Below are positions 17,157 through 25,799 of a DNA stretch of 64,000 nucleotides, piece after piece. The notes below the pieces were generated by a model. The model was not told the DNA's origin. It made no database searches and saw only the letters and a list, made by a program, of their open reading frames with translations. Each line of letters starts with the position of its first letter. The stretch's first letter is position 1. The translations under genes and the position numbers were made by a program. Source of the stretch: Escherichia phage Mt1B1_P17; sequence record NC_052662.1, one strand, 5' to 3'.

Positions 17157-17512
17157 TAGAACGTTTCTCCTTTTAAAATAATTACTGTAAACTTTGCAGT
17201 TTTTTCACTCTTAATATTCTTGACTAATAAGTATTCTCCTCCAGGGGCATCTTTATATTGTTTAATAGCTACTATTTCATTTTTGCAAGTGGCTATAATC
17301 GAATAAAAAGGACGTTCCGTGTTATCTTCTTTTCCTGTATATGCCTCAACATCTTTACACTCTTCTAGAACACCATTTCCAGGTGTATAGTAAAACTTGT
17401 TGCCTGTGATCACAACATCTTTACCAATATCTGTTTTAACTGCTACAAATTTTTGAGCGTAAGTGGTGAAGCTTACGGTAGCCAGCAATGTGGCTAAGAT
17501 TAATTTTTTCAT
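17156..17512 (-). CDS. secreted protein with signal peptide (MKKLILATLLATVSFTTYAQ)
   Basis: Start set at internal Met with RBS AGGAGGG. Confidence 0.5.
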   Translation of the reverse strand: MKKLILATLLATVSFTTYAQKFVAVKTDIGKDVVITGNKFYYTPGNGVLEECKDVEAYTGKEDNTERPFYSIIATCKNEIVAIKQYKDAPGGEYLLVKNIKSEKTAKFTVIILKGETF

Positions 17513-17523
17513 AAACTTCCCTC

Positions 17524-17688
17524 CTATTCCCACAACATACAAATCGCAGCGACAAACATGTTAGCAACAGCCGCACCAAGAACTATAAACATCGCCAGTT
17601 CAGAACAATATTCACCAACCAGAGGGGATACTATTGCACAGAGTAGTCCCAATGTCAAACACAAGTTGATGATGAAGTTTAAAATCAT
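17524..17688 (-). CDS. small membrane protein, about 54 aa (below track cut-off)
   Basis: ATG at 17688 with RBS AAGGAGAG; hydrophobic throughout. Confidence 0.35.
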   Translation of the reverse strand: MILNFIINLCLTLGLLCAIVSPLVGEYCSELAMFIVLGAAVANMFVAAICMLWE

Positions 17689-17697
17689 ATTCTCTCC

Positions 17698-17862
17698 TTA
17701 CAACCAACCCTTTGCCTGGTAGCCTTTAGAAAATCCATCTTCCCATTCTTCGAATTCCTTTTTGTGTGTCATTGGACAGTATGGATTTACTTTATTAAAC
17801 ATACCAAACTTGAACCCTGCGGTATACCCTTTCTTAAAAGCTATTGATTCTAAAGAGATCAT
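17698..17862 (-). CDS. hypothetical small protein, about 54 aa
   Basis: Internal Met with RBS AGAGGAG. Confidence 0.4.
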   Translation of the reverse strand: MISLESIAFKKGYTAGFKFGMFNKVNPYCPMTHKKEFEEWEDGFSKGYQAKGWL

Positions 17863-17875
17863 ATTCTTTCTCCTC

Positions 17876-18127
17876 TTAGAACTCGACAATGATTTTGTCT
17901 AAGTGTTCTGCTTCAACTTGGGATAATGTTAACACCTGCACCAAACCTCTGTCAATGCCTAATTTGATCACTTGCAAATAATCACCGAAAAGATCAGAGA
18001 TTTCAATCTGGTGTTCAGTAACCACCACGACCTCGTTACCCTTGGTATACTCTCTCCAGATTCGTCCACACTTGTAAATGAAATCTTTCTGGTCTTCACT
18101 GATCATCTTAGGCTTAACGCTTAACAT
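17876..18127 (-). CDS. hypothetical protein (83 aa)
   Basis: ORF in operon; start overlaps upstream stop. Confidence 0.45.
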   Translation of the reverse strand: MLSVKPKMISEDQKDFIYKCGRIWREYTKGNEVVVVTEHQIEISDLFGDYLQVIKLGIDRGLVQVLTLSQVEAEHLDKIIVEF

Positions 18128-18465
18128 TACATACTCCCGTATTCTGGTTCAATATTATGTTTACGACAAATGGTATCCCAACGTTCATTACCAAAACTTC
18201 TTCCATGTAGAGCGTTAAATGCGAAATGCTCTGCCAACCACAATACTACATCATCAGGATCTGTGTCAAGAGGAATTCTAAACTCTCGATCATAACGCAT
18301 ACGCAGAATAAAATCCTTATCATCTTCAAGGAGATACATGTGACTTTTAGCCCGTGATGCCAAATCAAAGAAAGGAGGCTCATCTTTCCAAACGTGACGC
18401 TCAACTTCAACACCATGATCAACTACCAGAGTAGCGATTACCTCTCTCATTTCTTTACTAAACAT
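18127..18465 (-). CDS. hypothetical protein, about 112 aa
   Basis: Start at internal Met with RBS GGAGGT. Confidence 0.45.
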   Translation of the reverse strand: MFSKEMREVIATLVVDHGVEVERHVWKDEPPFFDLASRAKSHMYLLEDDKDFILRMRYDREFRIPLDTDPDDVVLWLAEHFAFNALHGRSFGNERWDTICRKHNIEPEYGSM

Positions 18466-18475
18466 ATTACCTCCA

Positions 18476-18652
18476 TTAACCAATTAGTTCAACCGATTTG
18501 CAAATGTAAATCCAAACTGGAGTGAGCATAAGAGCTATACCGAATACACAATTCCACTTAATTCCCATTTCCTCTATTAGAGACATGATTAAGCCAACAG
18601 CACTAATAATCAGATAGATCCCTAAGAAAGCCATTGTGAAGAATTCAGACAT
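18476..18652 (-). CDS. small membrane protein, about 58 aa
   Basis: Two hydrophobic segments; start at internal Met with RBS. Confidence 0.4.
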   Translation of the reverse strand: MSEFFTMAFLGIYLIISAVGLIMSLIEEMGIKWNCVFGIALMLTPVWIYICKSVELIG

Positions 18653-18654
18653 AT

Positions 18655-19011
18655 TTAGCTCCAAAGATTATCAAAATAACTAGCGAATAAAAGACGGCCC
18701 TCTAATCGTGCCTTCCTTTGATCTTCAGCATACACGATTTCTGGATTACCACTATCAATAAAAGCATTCTCCATCTTTTCTAAAATATTTAACCACTCTC
18801 TTCTACCTGTCTCCTCTTCTTCATCTGTATACGGCGCACTTCTATTTGGATACAAAACACGCATCAGTTTAGTGGGGATCATGACAAACGTGCTATTGTT
18901 TGCCTTCTCACGGAAGGCTTTAATTCCTGCATAGATTACCTTCCCCAAAGCTGCATCCAAATCCATCAGGTCACTTTCTTCTATTTGAATTTCATCGTGT
19001 ACAATTTTCAT
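18655..19011 (-). CDS. hypothetical protein (118 aa)
   Basis: ORF; RBS GGGAGAAGG. Confidence 0.45.
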   Translation of the reverse strand: MKIVHDEIQIEESDLMDLDAALGKVIYAGIKAFREKANNSTFVMIPTKLMRVLYPNRSAPYTDEEEETGRREWLNILEKMENAFIDSGNPEIVYAEDQRKARLEGRLLFASYFDNLWS

Positions 19012-19295
19012 CGTGCCTTCTCCCGATCTGCATCTAATTTCAACAAGAAAGCTGTATACTCTTCCGAACCTTGGTGTAAAAACATGCGATAAGAGCTTAC
19101 CAGTTTCTTGGTCGTTGTATAACGTTCCATTTCCCCAACAACACCTCCACCTAGTGTGTAGAGCACAATACCTTCAACTCCAACATGGGTTACTACTTCA
19201 ACCAAGTCTGTGTTATCCCAATGATAGTTAGGTGACACAATAAGATCGCCAACTGCCAGTTTAATGTTTGCTACTTCATTTTGTGAATAATACAT
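19008..19295 (-). CDS. hypothetical protein, about 95 aa
   Basis: Start at internal Met (MYYSQNEV) with RBS AGAGGAG. Confidence 0.4.
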   Translation of the reverse strand: MYYSQNEVANIKLAVGDLIVSPNYHWDNTDLVEVVTHVGVEGIVLYTLGGGVVGEMERYTTTKKLVSSYRMFLHQGSEEYTAFLLKLDADREKAR

Positions 19296-19332
19296 TTGGT
19301 TCTCCTCTCTTAATTGATGGAAGTAGTATACC

Positions 19333-19824
19333 TTACCACATAATCTCGCGCAACTCTTTTTCTTCTTTGAAATTACGTAAGTTTTCCAGTGCACGATTTA
19401 GGTCTTCTTCCGTCTCTGCTTTCTGGACTTTTTCCATCATTTTCGCAACAATATTTTTCTTAACTTGCAAATCTGGAACAGGCATACGTTTTTCCATTTC
19501 ATAAGCTTCTCGTTTATGACGTTCCTCCATCTCTGCTTTTTCTTTCACCCAATCCGCCTCGTCCATTGCACCTTTGCAGACACAAGTGTAACCTTTAATA
19601 GTATAATCACCATGTTCAATACCAGGTTGAAGAGCTAAAGCTTCATTACCACAATACGCGCACAACGGACGACCTGGCATTTTCAAAGTTTTGGTAGCCT
19701 TAGCGCCACATTGACTATCCCAGCTTGTTTTATAACTGGAACCGTTGTCTCCGTGAGAACGACCAACCAAGAAGTTACGGAAGAAACCCATAGCACGTTC
19801 GTCAATGTAATCAGGGTAAGCCAT
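19333..19824 (-). CDS. hypothetical Cys-containing protein (163 aa; CAYCGN...CVCKG)
   Basis: ORF; RBS AAGGAG. Confidence 0.45.
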   Translation of the reverse strand: MAYPDYIDERAMGFFRNFLVGRSHGDNGSSYKTSWDSQCGAKATKTLKMPGRPLCAYCGNEALALQPGIEHGDYTIKGYTCVCKGAMDEADWVKEKAEMEERHKREAYEMEKRMPVPDLQVKKNIVAKMMEKVQKAETEEDLNRALENLRNFKEEKELREIMW

Positions 19825-19836
19825 TATATTCTCCTT

Positions 19837-20130
19837 TCACATTAAGACACGTTTTGTGTCGATGGGTGCATTATCAAACATGTTAAGAACATTGTCAAGC
19901 AGTTTTACTAATTCATTTGTAATTTGTTCTTTTGAACGGGAGGAAGTGAGCACTTTGCTTTCACCAACGATATGCATAACTTTTATAGGGGCATCTAAAA
20001 TAATGTTGTGTTGACGATCCTCTTCAAAAGAAGCCAACCATTTCTCATTGTTACCGTGCAAGGCTACAATCACACCAAAACCGTTAATTGTTTCAGAAAT
20101 ATTCTTAGTTGCTAAAGTAATGTTCATCAT
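19837..20130 (-). CDS. hypothetical protein (97 aa), first gene of leftward operon
   Basis: ORF; RBS AGAGAGG; promoter immediately upstream. Confidence 0.45.
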   Translation of the reverse strand: MMNITLATKNISETINGFGVIVALHGNNEKWLASFEEDRQHNIILDAPIKVMHIVGESKVLTSSRSKEQITNELVKLLDNVLNMFDNAPIDTKRVLM

Positions 20131-20156
20131 CTACCTCTCTTGTTAATGTTCATACA

Positions 20157-20214
20157 TGATACCTGAAAATAATTTCAGATCAAGTGTTGACATGCTTTTT
20201 AGTCCTGTTAAGAT
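20157..20214. promoter_or_regulatory. back-to-back divergent sigma70-type promoters
   Basis: Leftward: -35 TTGATC (20178..20183) and -10 TATCAT (20157..20162); rightward: TTGACA (20187..20192)-N16-TAAGAT (20209..20214). Confidence 0.5.
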
Positions 20215-20244
20215 CAACTCATACAAAACGAGAGGAGAAAACAA

Positions 20245-20670
20245 ATGCAAAACATGACTTGGACCGAAGCTAAAGAAGCGATGCAGAATGGCAAACGTGT
20301 GAAGCACGAATACTTCTGTAGTGATGAGTGGTTTGAGATGCAATACGGTGTTATTCTGGATGAGCATGGCTACAATATGTCAAACTGGTTCCGAGGGGAA
20401 GCTTGGCAGGAACAGGGTTGGTTTGTAATTGAAAAAGAAGACAGTAAGGAAGAAGGCGTGTTGTCTAATGTAGAACGCGAGATGAGGGAAACAAAGATAC
20501 CTGCTTTGGATTTTGTATACCTGGAAGAACTTGTGGCAGCCTCTTTTGTAGCAGGGAATCTTTGGAAGACGCCTGTTAGCCGACTGGAGAATCAAAATAA
20601 CCCGTCTGCTCGTAATCACAAGCTTTATAAGGGCAAAAACCACAACAAACTAAAGAAAAGGAAGAAATAA
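20245..20670 (+). CDS. hypothetical protein (141 aa; basic C-terminal tail)
   Basis: ORF; RBS AGAGGAG. Confidence 0.5.
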   Translation: MQNMTWTEAKEAMQNGKRVKHEYFCSDEWFEMQYGVILDEHGYNMSNWFRGEAWQEQGWFVIEKEDSKEEGVLSNVEREMRETKIPALDFVYLEELVAASFVAGNLWKTPVSRLENQNNPSARNHKLYKGKNHNKLKKRKK

Positions 20671-20721
20671 TCCATCCTTGTATTAGTGCCATAGAGCGTG
20701 ATTACATCAAGGAGATTTTTA

Positions 20722-21708
20722 ATGATTAATGAAGAACAATTTGTAAAAGTTCCTATGTGGATTCTAAAAATAAGCCAAGTAAACGGGCATAAATTTACAG
20801 ATAGTGCTAAAAACCTTTACTGCTATTTGAGAGGGTTTGATCGTGCATTTCCCTCTTACGCTAAGATAGGCGATGTTTTTGGCATAACACCAAGAGCAGC
20901 AGAAGAAAGGGTTAAGAAATTGCTCGAAATGGGATTAATTATAAAAGATGCACGACCAGGAAGCTCTAACCTTTATCGAGTGCTTGATATTCCAAAAGGA
21001 GAATCATCACTACCTGATCCTTCTGAGAAAGAAGAAGCTATTGTTAAAGCTGTTCAGGAACAGCTTCCCCTTATGGAATGGAAGAACTTTAAAAAATGGT
21101 ACTCACCATCTGGTAATGAATACACCGCTACACTGCCAGCCGTTGAAATCTATAGCTATATAGCTGGATTCAATGAACAAGGGCAAGAATGTTACGCTAC
21201 TCAAAAAACATTAGCTAATATTGGAATGGTTAGTGATCGTCAGGTACGCAATATTATAAATATGTTTGTTGATATGGGAGTTCTTTCTGTAGAGGCACGC
21301 CACGGTCAAACATCACTCTATAAAACCTTACCCTTTACAGAGATGAATGTTAAAAAGCAAAAAAGAGTAAAAGAGATTCCGTACACTGAAAACCAACAAT
21401 CAGATTGGTGTTTTTATATACAAAAATTGGTTTCTCCCTTTTATACCTGCCTGAAAGCAGGGATTACGGTAAACATTGATCGTAGAATCAAAGAGCAAAG
21501 TAAAAACAGCATGTTTAAACATTATCTACTTGACAGTTTTAGTGGAGATTATGCTACTATTTTCTCTTTGGAGAAAGAAGTTAAAAAAGGTTTTAACCGC
21601 TCTTTATGCTTAAAAGAGTGGCTGCCAGATGGTTATACCGAAACATATAATCTAGAAGACTATGAAAGTATAAAAAATTTTGTTAGTGAGAAATTGATTA
21701 AGGAGTAA
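20722..21708 (+). CDS. putative DNA-binding protein: two winged-helix-like repeats plus C-terminal T5orf172-type domain
   Basis: Internal sequence repeat (GFDRAFPSYAKIGDVFGIT... and ECYATQKTLANIGMVSDRQVR...) and C-terminal GITVNIDRRIKEQ...PDGYTET shared with CDS 14940..15947. Confidence 0.5.
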   Translation: MINEEQFVKVPMWILKISQVNGHKFTDSAKNLYCYLRGFDRAFPSYAKIGDVFGITPRAAEERVKKLLEMGLIIKDARPGSSNLYRVLDIPKGESSLPDPSEKEEAIVKAVQEQLPLMEWKNFKKWYSPSGNEYTATLPAVEIYSYIAGFNEQGQECYATQKTLANIGMVSDRQVRNIINMFVDMGVLSVEARHGQTSLYKTLPFTEMNVKKQKRVKEIPYTENQQSDWCFYIQKLVSPFYTCLKAGITVNIDRRIKEQSKNSMFKHYLLDSFSGDYATIFSLEKEVKKGFNRSLCLKEWLPDGYTETYNLEDYESIKNFVSEKLIKE

Positions 21709-21710
21709 AC

Positions 21711-21860
21711 ATGATTATCTACAAAAACAAGTTCACTGGTTGTCTCCGTAAATTTATCGATAAGAAAGGGTATGTTTCTCTTGACAACGGGGTTACATGG
21801 ACAGAGAATGGCACTTCAGAACAACTGATCAAAGCTTTGCCTTACTACGAGGAGGTTTAA
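21711..21860 (+). CDS. small protein, 49 aa (below track cut-off)
   Basis: ATG 3 nt after upstream stop; RBS AAGGAG; ends just before next gene. Confidence 0.3.
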   Translation: MIIYKNKFTGCLRKFIDKKGYVSLDNGVTWTENGTSEQLIKALPYYEEV

Positions 21861-22184
21861 ATGTCAAACAGTTTGTTTAGCGTGTCAATTGCACCACGTG
21901 TCAACATCCGTTGTCAGTTTGTTACTTTACCTGGTGTAACGCATATCACATTAGAATACGATCCTCGCTCACGAGACAACCCAATCACAGGGAAAATTGA
22001 TTGTGCTTATGGAGACTTTGTTATGGATCACCAAACCCTCTTATGCTGTGTGCAACGCTTACAGGCAGGATCTTTATACATCTTTAAGAAAACAGTGTTC
22101 CAAGAGATTGCTCAAGCAGTTGAAAGCGGTATGGAGACTCTTAACGTTATGATTGAAGCAGCCAACCAGAAGGAGGTTTTATGA
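21861..22184 (+). CDS. hypothetical protein (107 aa)
   Basis: ORF; RBS GAGGAGG. Confidence 0.5.
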   Translation: MSNSLFSVSIAPRVNIRCQFVTLPGVTHITLEYDPRSRDNPITGKIDCAYGDFVMDHQTLLCCVQRLQAGSLYIFKKTVFQEIAQAVESGMETLNVMIEAANQKEVL

Positions 22185-22438
22185 CACTTTATCACGTAAC
22201 CACTGAAGGCGATACCGAAGGTCGTACTACGAAAGATTTAGGGTATGTTGAAGCAGATTCCCCTGAACACGCAATTAAGTATTTGCATTCCATCGGTAAA
22301 TATGCGACTTATGAATATACTATCTACAAGGTTGAAGTTAGCCCTATACAAGTGGCAACTCCTATGGCAGAGTTGAAACATCTTAAGGCAAAAGTAAGAC
22401 CTGGTATAGTGTCCGATTACAAAGGGGAAGTAAAGTGA
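22181..22438 (+). CDS. hypothetical protein (85 aa)
   Basis: ORF; RBS AAGGAGG; overlapping start/stop. Confidence 0.5.
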   Translation: MTLYHVTTEGDTEGRTTKDLGYVEADSPEHAIKYLHSIGKYATYEYTIYKVEVSPIQVATPMAELKHLKAKVRPGIVSDYKGEVK

Positions 22439-22647
22439 GTGGATGGATTAAAGTATCTGGTACCGAGGATGTTCCTATCGGAGAATGGCTCGTAATCATG
22501 GCAAACGGCAAGAAGGGATTCTGTGAAGTTAACAAAACACGCAATGGCACGATAGCTGTTATCAATGGTCATTTTTATTTTGACTTGGCACCTGTGATCG
22601 CATACCATGCACTACCAACATATGAAGAGGAGATTAACAATGGCTAA
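22435..22647 (+). CDS. hypothetical protein (70 aa), GTG start
   Basis: ORF; RBS; overlapping start/stop. Confidence 0.45.
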   Translation: MSGWIKVSGTEDVPIGEWLVIMANGKKGFCEVNKTRNGTIAVINGHFYFDLAPVIAYHALPTYEEEINNG

Positions 22648-22963
22648 CAAAGAACCACATGTATATACTGCACTGGTAAAGCACTTGAACAAAGAACGTA
22701 ACAGGATCATTGCAGATTATCGTAAATTTAAACGTAGTAGTCTAAATCGTAAATACATGCCACATGCAGCTTTTGACGCTACACGTGCAGTATTTCGTGC
22801 AAAGATTGCGGAAATGGATAATCTGCTTAAGCTTGCACGATTATCTATTCATGCATCCAAAGTAACAGGAGTCACTCACTTCTTTGACTTCGATACTAAA
22901 GCACTATATGCACCAGAGGCAGGTGAACAATTGATTTATCTACTTACCAAAAATAAGTGTTGA
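22640..22963 (+). CDS. hypothetical protein, about 107 aa
   Basis: Start set at MANKEP with upstream RBS. Confidence 0.45.
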   Translation: MANKEPHVYTALVKHLNKERNRIIADYRKFKRSSLNRKYMPHAAFDATRAVFRAKIAEMDNLLKLARLSIHASKVTGVTHFFDFDTKALYAPEAGEQLIYLLTKNKC

Positions 22964-23132
22964 CTTTTTTCAAAAAATATGCTACCCTAACCCCGAAGGG
23001 TCGAGCGATAGCGAGTATAGATTATGTAATAGATTAATCTCTATCGTTAGATGTTCGAAGAACAGAGATTTAAGTACTTGTTCTTATCGGTAGATGATCG
23101 TAAGATCAAGAACAATAATAGGAGAGTGTGTT

Positions 23133-23330
23133 ATGTTAGTCAGTGAAATACTACCTGACTCTAATGGTAATCAGATCACTGTTGATTGGTTTCCTGGTAC
23201 TGGTACACTAGATCTAACTGCTGAATGGTCTGGTGATATTTATGGAGAAGGTGTATTATCATTGTCTACAGAACAAATGATCATCCTTCGTGACTTCTTA
23301 ATTAGTTTAGATCTAGGAGAAAACAAATGA
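23133..23330 (+). CDS. hypothetical protein, about 65 aa
   Basis: Internal Met with RBS AGGAGAG. Confidence 0.4.
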   Translation: MLVSEILPDSNGNQITVDWFPGTGTLDLTAEWSGDIYGEGVLSLSTEQMIILRDFLISLDLGENK

Positions 23331-23596
23331 GTAAAACTTCTGTTGAGTTTATCGAGAAATCCCCTGTTCCAAAGTTATACCGTTTATCTGAAATTGAACC
23401 TATGTCTGTTTTCTACTACTACGATTCAGAAGTAAGTGAACAAGAACGGGACTACTACTTAGCTACAGATACAGGTGCAGTGTGCTTAACAGGTTCTCGT
23501 GCAGGAGAATACATTGTGACTAGTCGTTTTAATGAAGCAGATTACTGTTGGGCTAAGGTTGAAACTAAGATTGTCATCAACATCACTAATCATTAA
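23327..23596 (+). CDS. hypothetical protein (89 aa)
   Basis: ORF; RBS AGGAGAAAA. Confidence 0.45.
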   Translation: MSKTSVEFIEKSPVPKLYRLSEIEPMSVFYYYDSEVSEQERDYYLATDTGAVCLTGSRAGEYIVTSRFNEADYCWAKVETKIVINITNH

Positions 23597-23606
23597 GACT
23601 AATCTG

Positions 23607-23648
23607 ACAAAGAGTTACTTGACATGTGCAAAGCTCTTTGTGTAGAAT
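23607..23648 (+). promoter_or_regulatory. promoter TTGACA-N18-TAGAAT bracketed by inverted repeat ACAAAGAG/CTCTTTGT
   Basis: -35 at 23619..23624, -10 at 23643..23648; 8-bp inverted repeat arms at 23607..23614 and 23634..23641. Confidence 0.45.
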
Positions 23649-23678
23649 AAAGATTCACTTACTAAGGAGATTTTATAA

Positions 23679-23876
23679 ATGGCTACAAAGAAACAGAAAA
23701 TGAAATGTCTTACTCTTACTGAACTGGGTCAAGCTTCCAACTGCGTTACTGTTGGTAAGATTTATTCTACAGTTCTTGATAAAGACAACAACAGTTTTAC
23801 TTTCAAAGATGATAACGGAAACCCTCAAGTTGGAATCTACCCTTCCTGTGCTTTTGGTACTTGGGAAAAAGTGTAA
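23679..23876 (+). CDS. hypothetical protein (65 aa)
   Basis: ORF; RBS AAGGAG. Confidence 0.45.
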   Translation: MATKKQKMKCLTLTELGQASNCVTVGKIYSTVLDKDNNSFTFKDDNGNPQVGIYPSCAFGTWEKV

Positions 23877-23919
23877 CTAATTAGAGGGTATACTTGTAAA
23901 CAAGATTAAGGAGGCATTT

Positions 23920-24093
23920 ATGGGAGATAAACAAAGTAACATCCGTTACGCGCTTTATGGAAGAATGGGTGCAGATTGTGAATGGATGCTTCTGTCGCAA
24001 CGTATACCCTCTTACAAAGAGGCTCTTGAAAAAAGAGACTATTATAAACAAACATGGCGTTTTGTCATTTGTAAACACTATTTGGAGGCGTGA
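23920..24093 (+). CDS. small protein, 57 aa (below track cut-off)
   Basis: ATG with RBS AAGGAGG; stop overlaps next start. Confidence 0.3.
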   Translation: MGDKQSNIRYALYGRMGADCEWMLLSQRIPSYKEALEKRDYYKQTWRFVICKHYLEA

Positions 24094-24401
24094 TGAGTAC
24101 ATTATCATTAGCAGTTACGGTGCACCAGTATTACGAAGAAGCTGTAAAAGATTCAGAAAACCCATCTACATTGGTGTTTGAAGATCGGACTGGTCTTAAA
24201 TGGGTAGAATCTGGGGATGAACTCTACTTTTGGTATCCACAAGGTTGCACAAGTAATTCTAATTTGTATAGTTATGAACTGGAGTATCGTGCGCCTGTAG
24301 ACGAAGATGACAATTACATCATGTATTATGTTAATAATGGTTGCGGTGAAACGTTTAATGTAGTATTCTCTAAAGCCTTGAAGTCCGACGAGGAGATGTA
24401 A
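24093..24401 (+). CDS. hypothetical protein, tandem paralogue A
   Basis: Shares TLSLAV...Y...VKD...EDD.FIM..VN.G.GE...VVF with CDS 24401..24706. Confidence 0.45.
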   Translation: MSTLSLAVTVHQYYEEAVKDSENPSTLVFEDRTGLKWVESGDELYFWYPQGCTSNSNLYSYELEYRAPVDEDDNYIMYYVNNGCGETFNVVFSKALKSDEEM

Positions 24402-24706
24402 TGCGGCACAATACGACTTTAAGTTTGGCAGTTGCAGCCCACATGCTGTACAATGATTCTGTGAAGGATGAGTTGTCGCCTGTGAGTTTAGCTTTCTATC
24501 TGATAGACAGGGATTGGATGTTCTCTGGTGAGGATGAAATCTACTACGTAAATTCACGCGGTTTTATTGAAAGTTTTGAACTTGAACATCACGCACCAAC
24601 AGCAGAAGATGATCGTTTTATTATGTTCTGTGTAAATGATGGTTACGGAGAGGTGTATGACGTAGTATTCTTCAAAAACCGACAGAAGACTGAAGAGGAA
24701 TTCTAA
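24401..24706 (+). CDS. hypothetical protein, tandem paralogue B
   Basis: Paralogue of 24093..24401; overlapping start/stop. Confidence 0.45.
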   Translation: MRHNTTLSLAVAAHMLYNDSVKDELSPVSLAFYLIDRDWMFSGEDEIYYVNSRGFIESFELEHHAPTAEDDRFIMFCVNDGYGEVYDVVFFKNRQKTEEEF

Positions 24707-25070
24707 ATGAAAAGGCTACTTTGTATCCTGATGTTGATGATTGCCACCAATGCTACAGCCGCCCGTGATGGTTTCAAGATTGGGGGTGGAAGGTAGCCAA
24801 TTCTTCACTTGGTATGGTGGTGAAGCTGTCTACCAGGTGGATGATAAAAAGTATAACTGCAAGTTTGATCGTATAGATCGTGGAGTGGATAATTGGGGTG
24901 ACGCTTACAAAGCCACAGGTTTCTATTGCACAAAAGATTTATATATTACAGTCAAAGAACCACAAGACAATAGAAAGGTGTTGTTCATTGTGGTAAACCC
25001 TGCTAAATTTGAAGAACGTAAAGCTTACTATGCAGATATGTTCATTGAATACAAAAAGGAGGAAAAATGA
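24707..25070 (+). pseudogene. secreted protein gene split by a frameshift at a G5 run (24782..24786)
   Basis: Signal-peptide ORF 24707..24796 (MKRLLCILMLMIATNATA..., RBS GAAGAGGA) is joined to ORF 24741..25070 by removing one G of GGGGG. Confidence 0.4.
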
Positions 25071-25429
25071 GAGAAACAATCGTAGATGTTGTTATTAATG
25101 GTCAACGTTATGTGCCTGTTGTAGAGAAAGCTGAACCAGATGCTTTAGATGTTGTTTTTGAAGACGATGATCTTGGCACTGTTACTGTGCGTGAATATTT
25201 CAGACGACTGCTCTCTACACTTTGGGAAGAAGAAGATAGTTTCAGTGGAAAACGCCCTTTCGGTAACTCTTGCTGGCAGTTCGATTTGATTATTGGTTTG
25301 ATCGATGCTGGGTACCTGGAAGGTAAAGTTTATCGTGACGAAGATGGTGGTATAGAAGATACCGACTATGATCGGGAAGAAGCAGATAAACTCATCCAGG
25401 GTCTGATCGCACGTATGTGTTTAGGTTAA
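25067..25429 (+). CDS. hypothetical acidic protein (120 aa)
   Basis: ORF; RBS AAGGAGGAAAA. Confidence 0.5.
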   Translation: MRETIVDVVINGQRYVPVVEKAEPDALDVVFEDDDLGTVTVREYFRRLLSTLWEEEDSFSGKRPFGNSCWQFDLIIGLIDAGYLEGKVYRDEDGGIEDTDYDREEADKLIQGLIARMCLG

Positions 25430-25430
25430 T

Positions 25431-25799
25431 ATGAAGGTATTAAACTTTTACCATTTAGGCAAAACAATCCCAGAAGGTGCTGTTTATATTGGTAGAGCAA
25501 TGCCACACATGGAATTAAAAGCCTCTAAGTTTGCAAACCCTTTTAAGTTAAAAGATGATGAACCACGAGGATCAACTATACAAAGGTATAAAGAGTGGTT
25601 GTGGGAGCAAATTCGTTGTGGTAAGATCACTCTTGAAGATTTATTAGAGTTAGAAGGGAAAGATTTAGTTTGCTTCTGCTCCCCTCAACCTTGTCATGGA
25701 GATGTATTGGTAGCAGCCGTGACTTGGGCTAGAAAAGAGTGGGACAAAAGGCATCCTACTTATGTAGACAATTATTGGATTTGGGAGGAGAATTTTTGA
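25431..25799 (+). CDS. conserved-looking hypothetical protein (122 aa; YIGR...NPF...CFCSPQPCHGDVL motif)
   Basis: Motif pattern typical of a widespread phage protein family of unknown function; from memory only. Confidence 0.45.
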   Translation: MKVLNFYHLGKTIPEGAVYIGRAMPHMELKASKFANPFKLKDDEPRGSTIQRYKEWLWEQIRCGKITLEDLLELEGKDLVCFCSPQPCHGDVLVAAVTWARKEWDKRHPTYVDNYWIWEENF

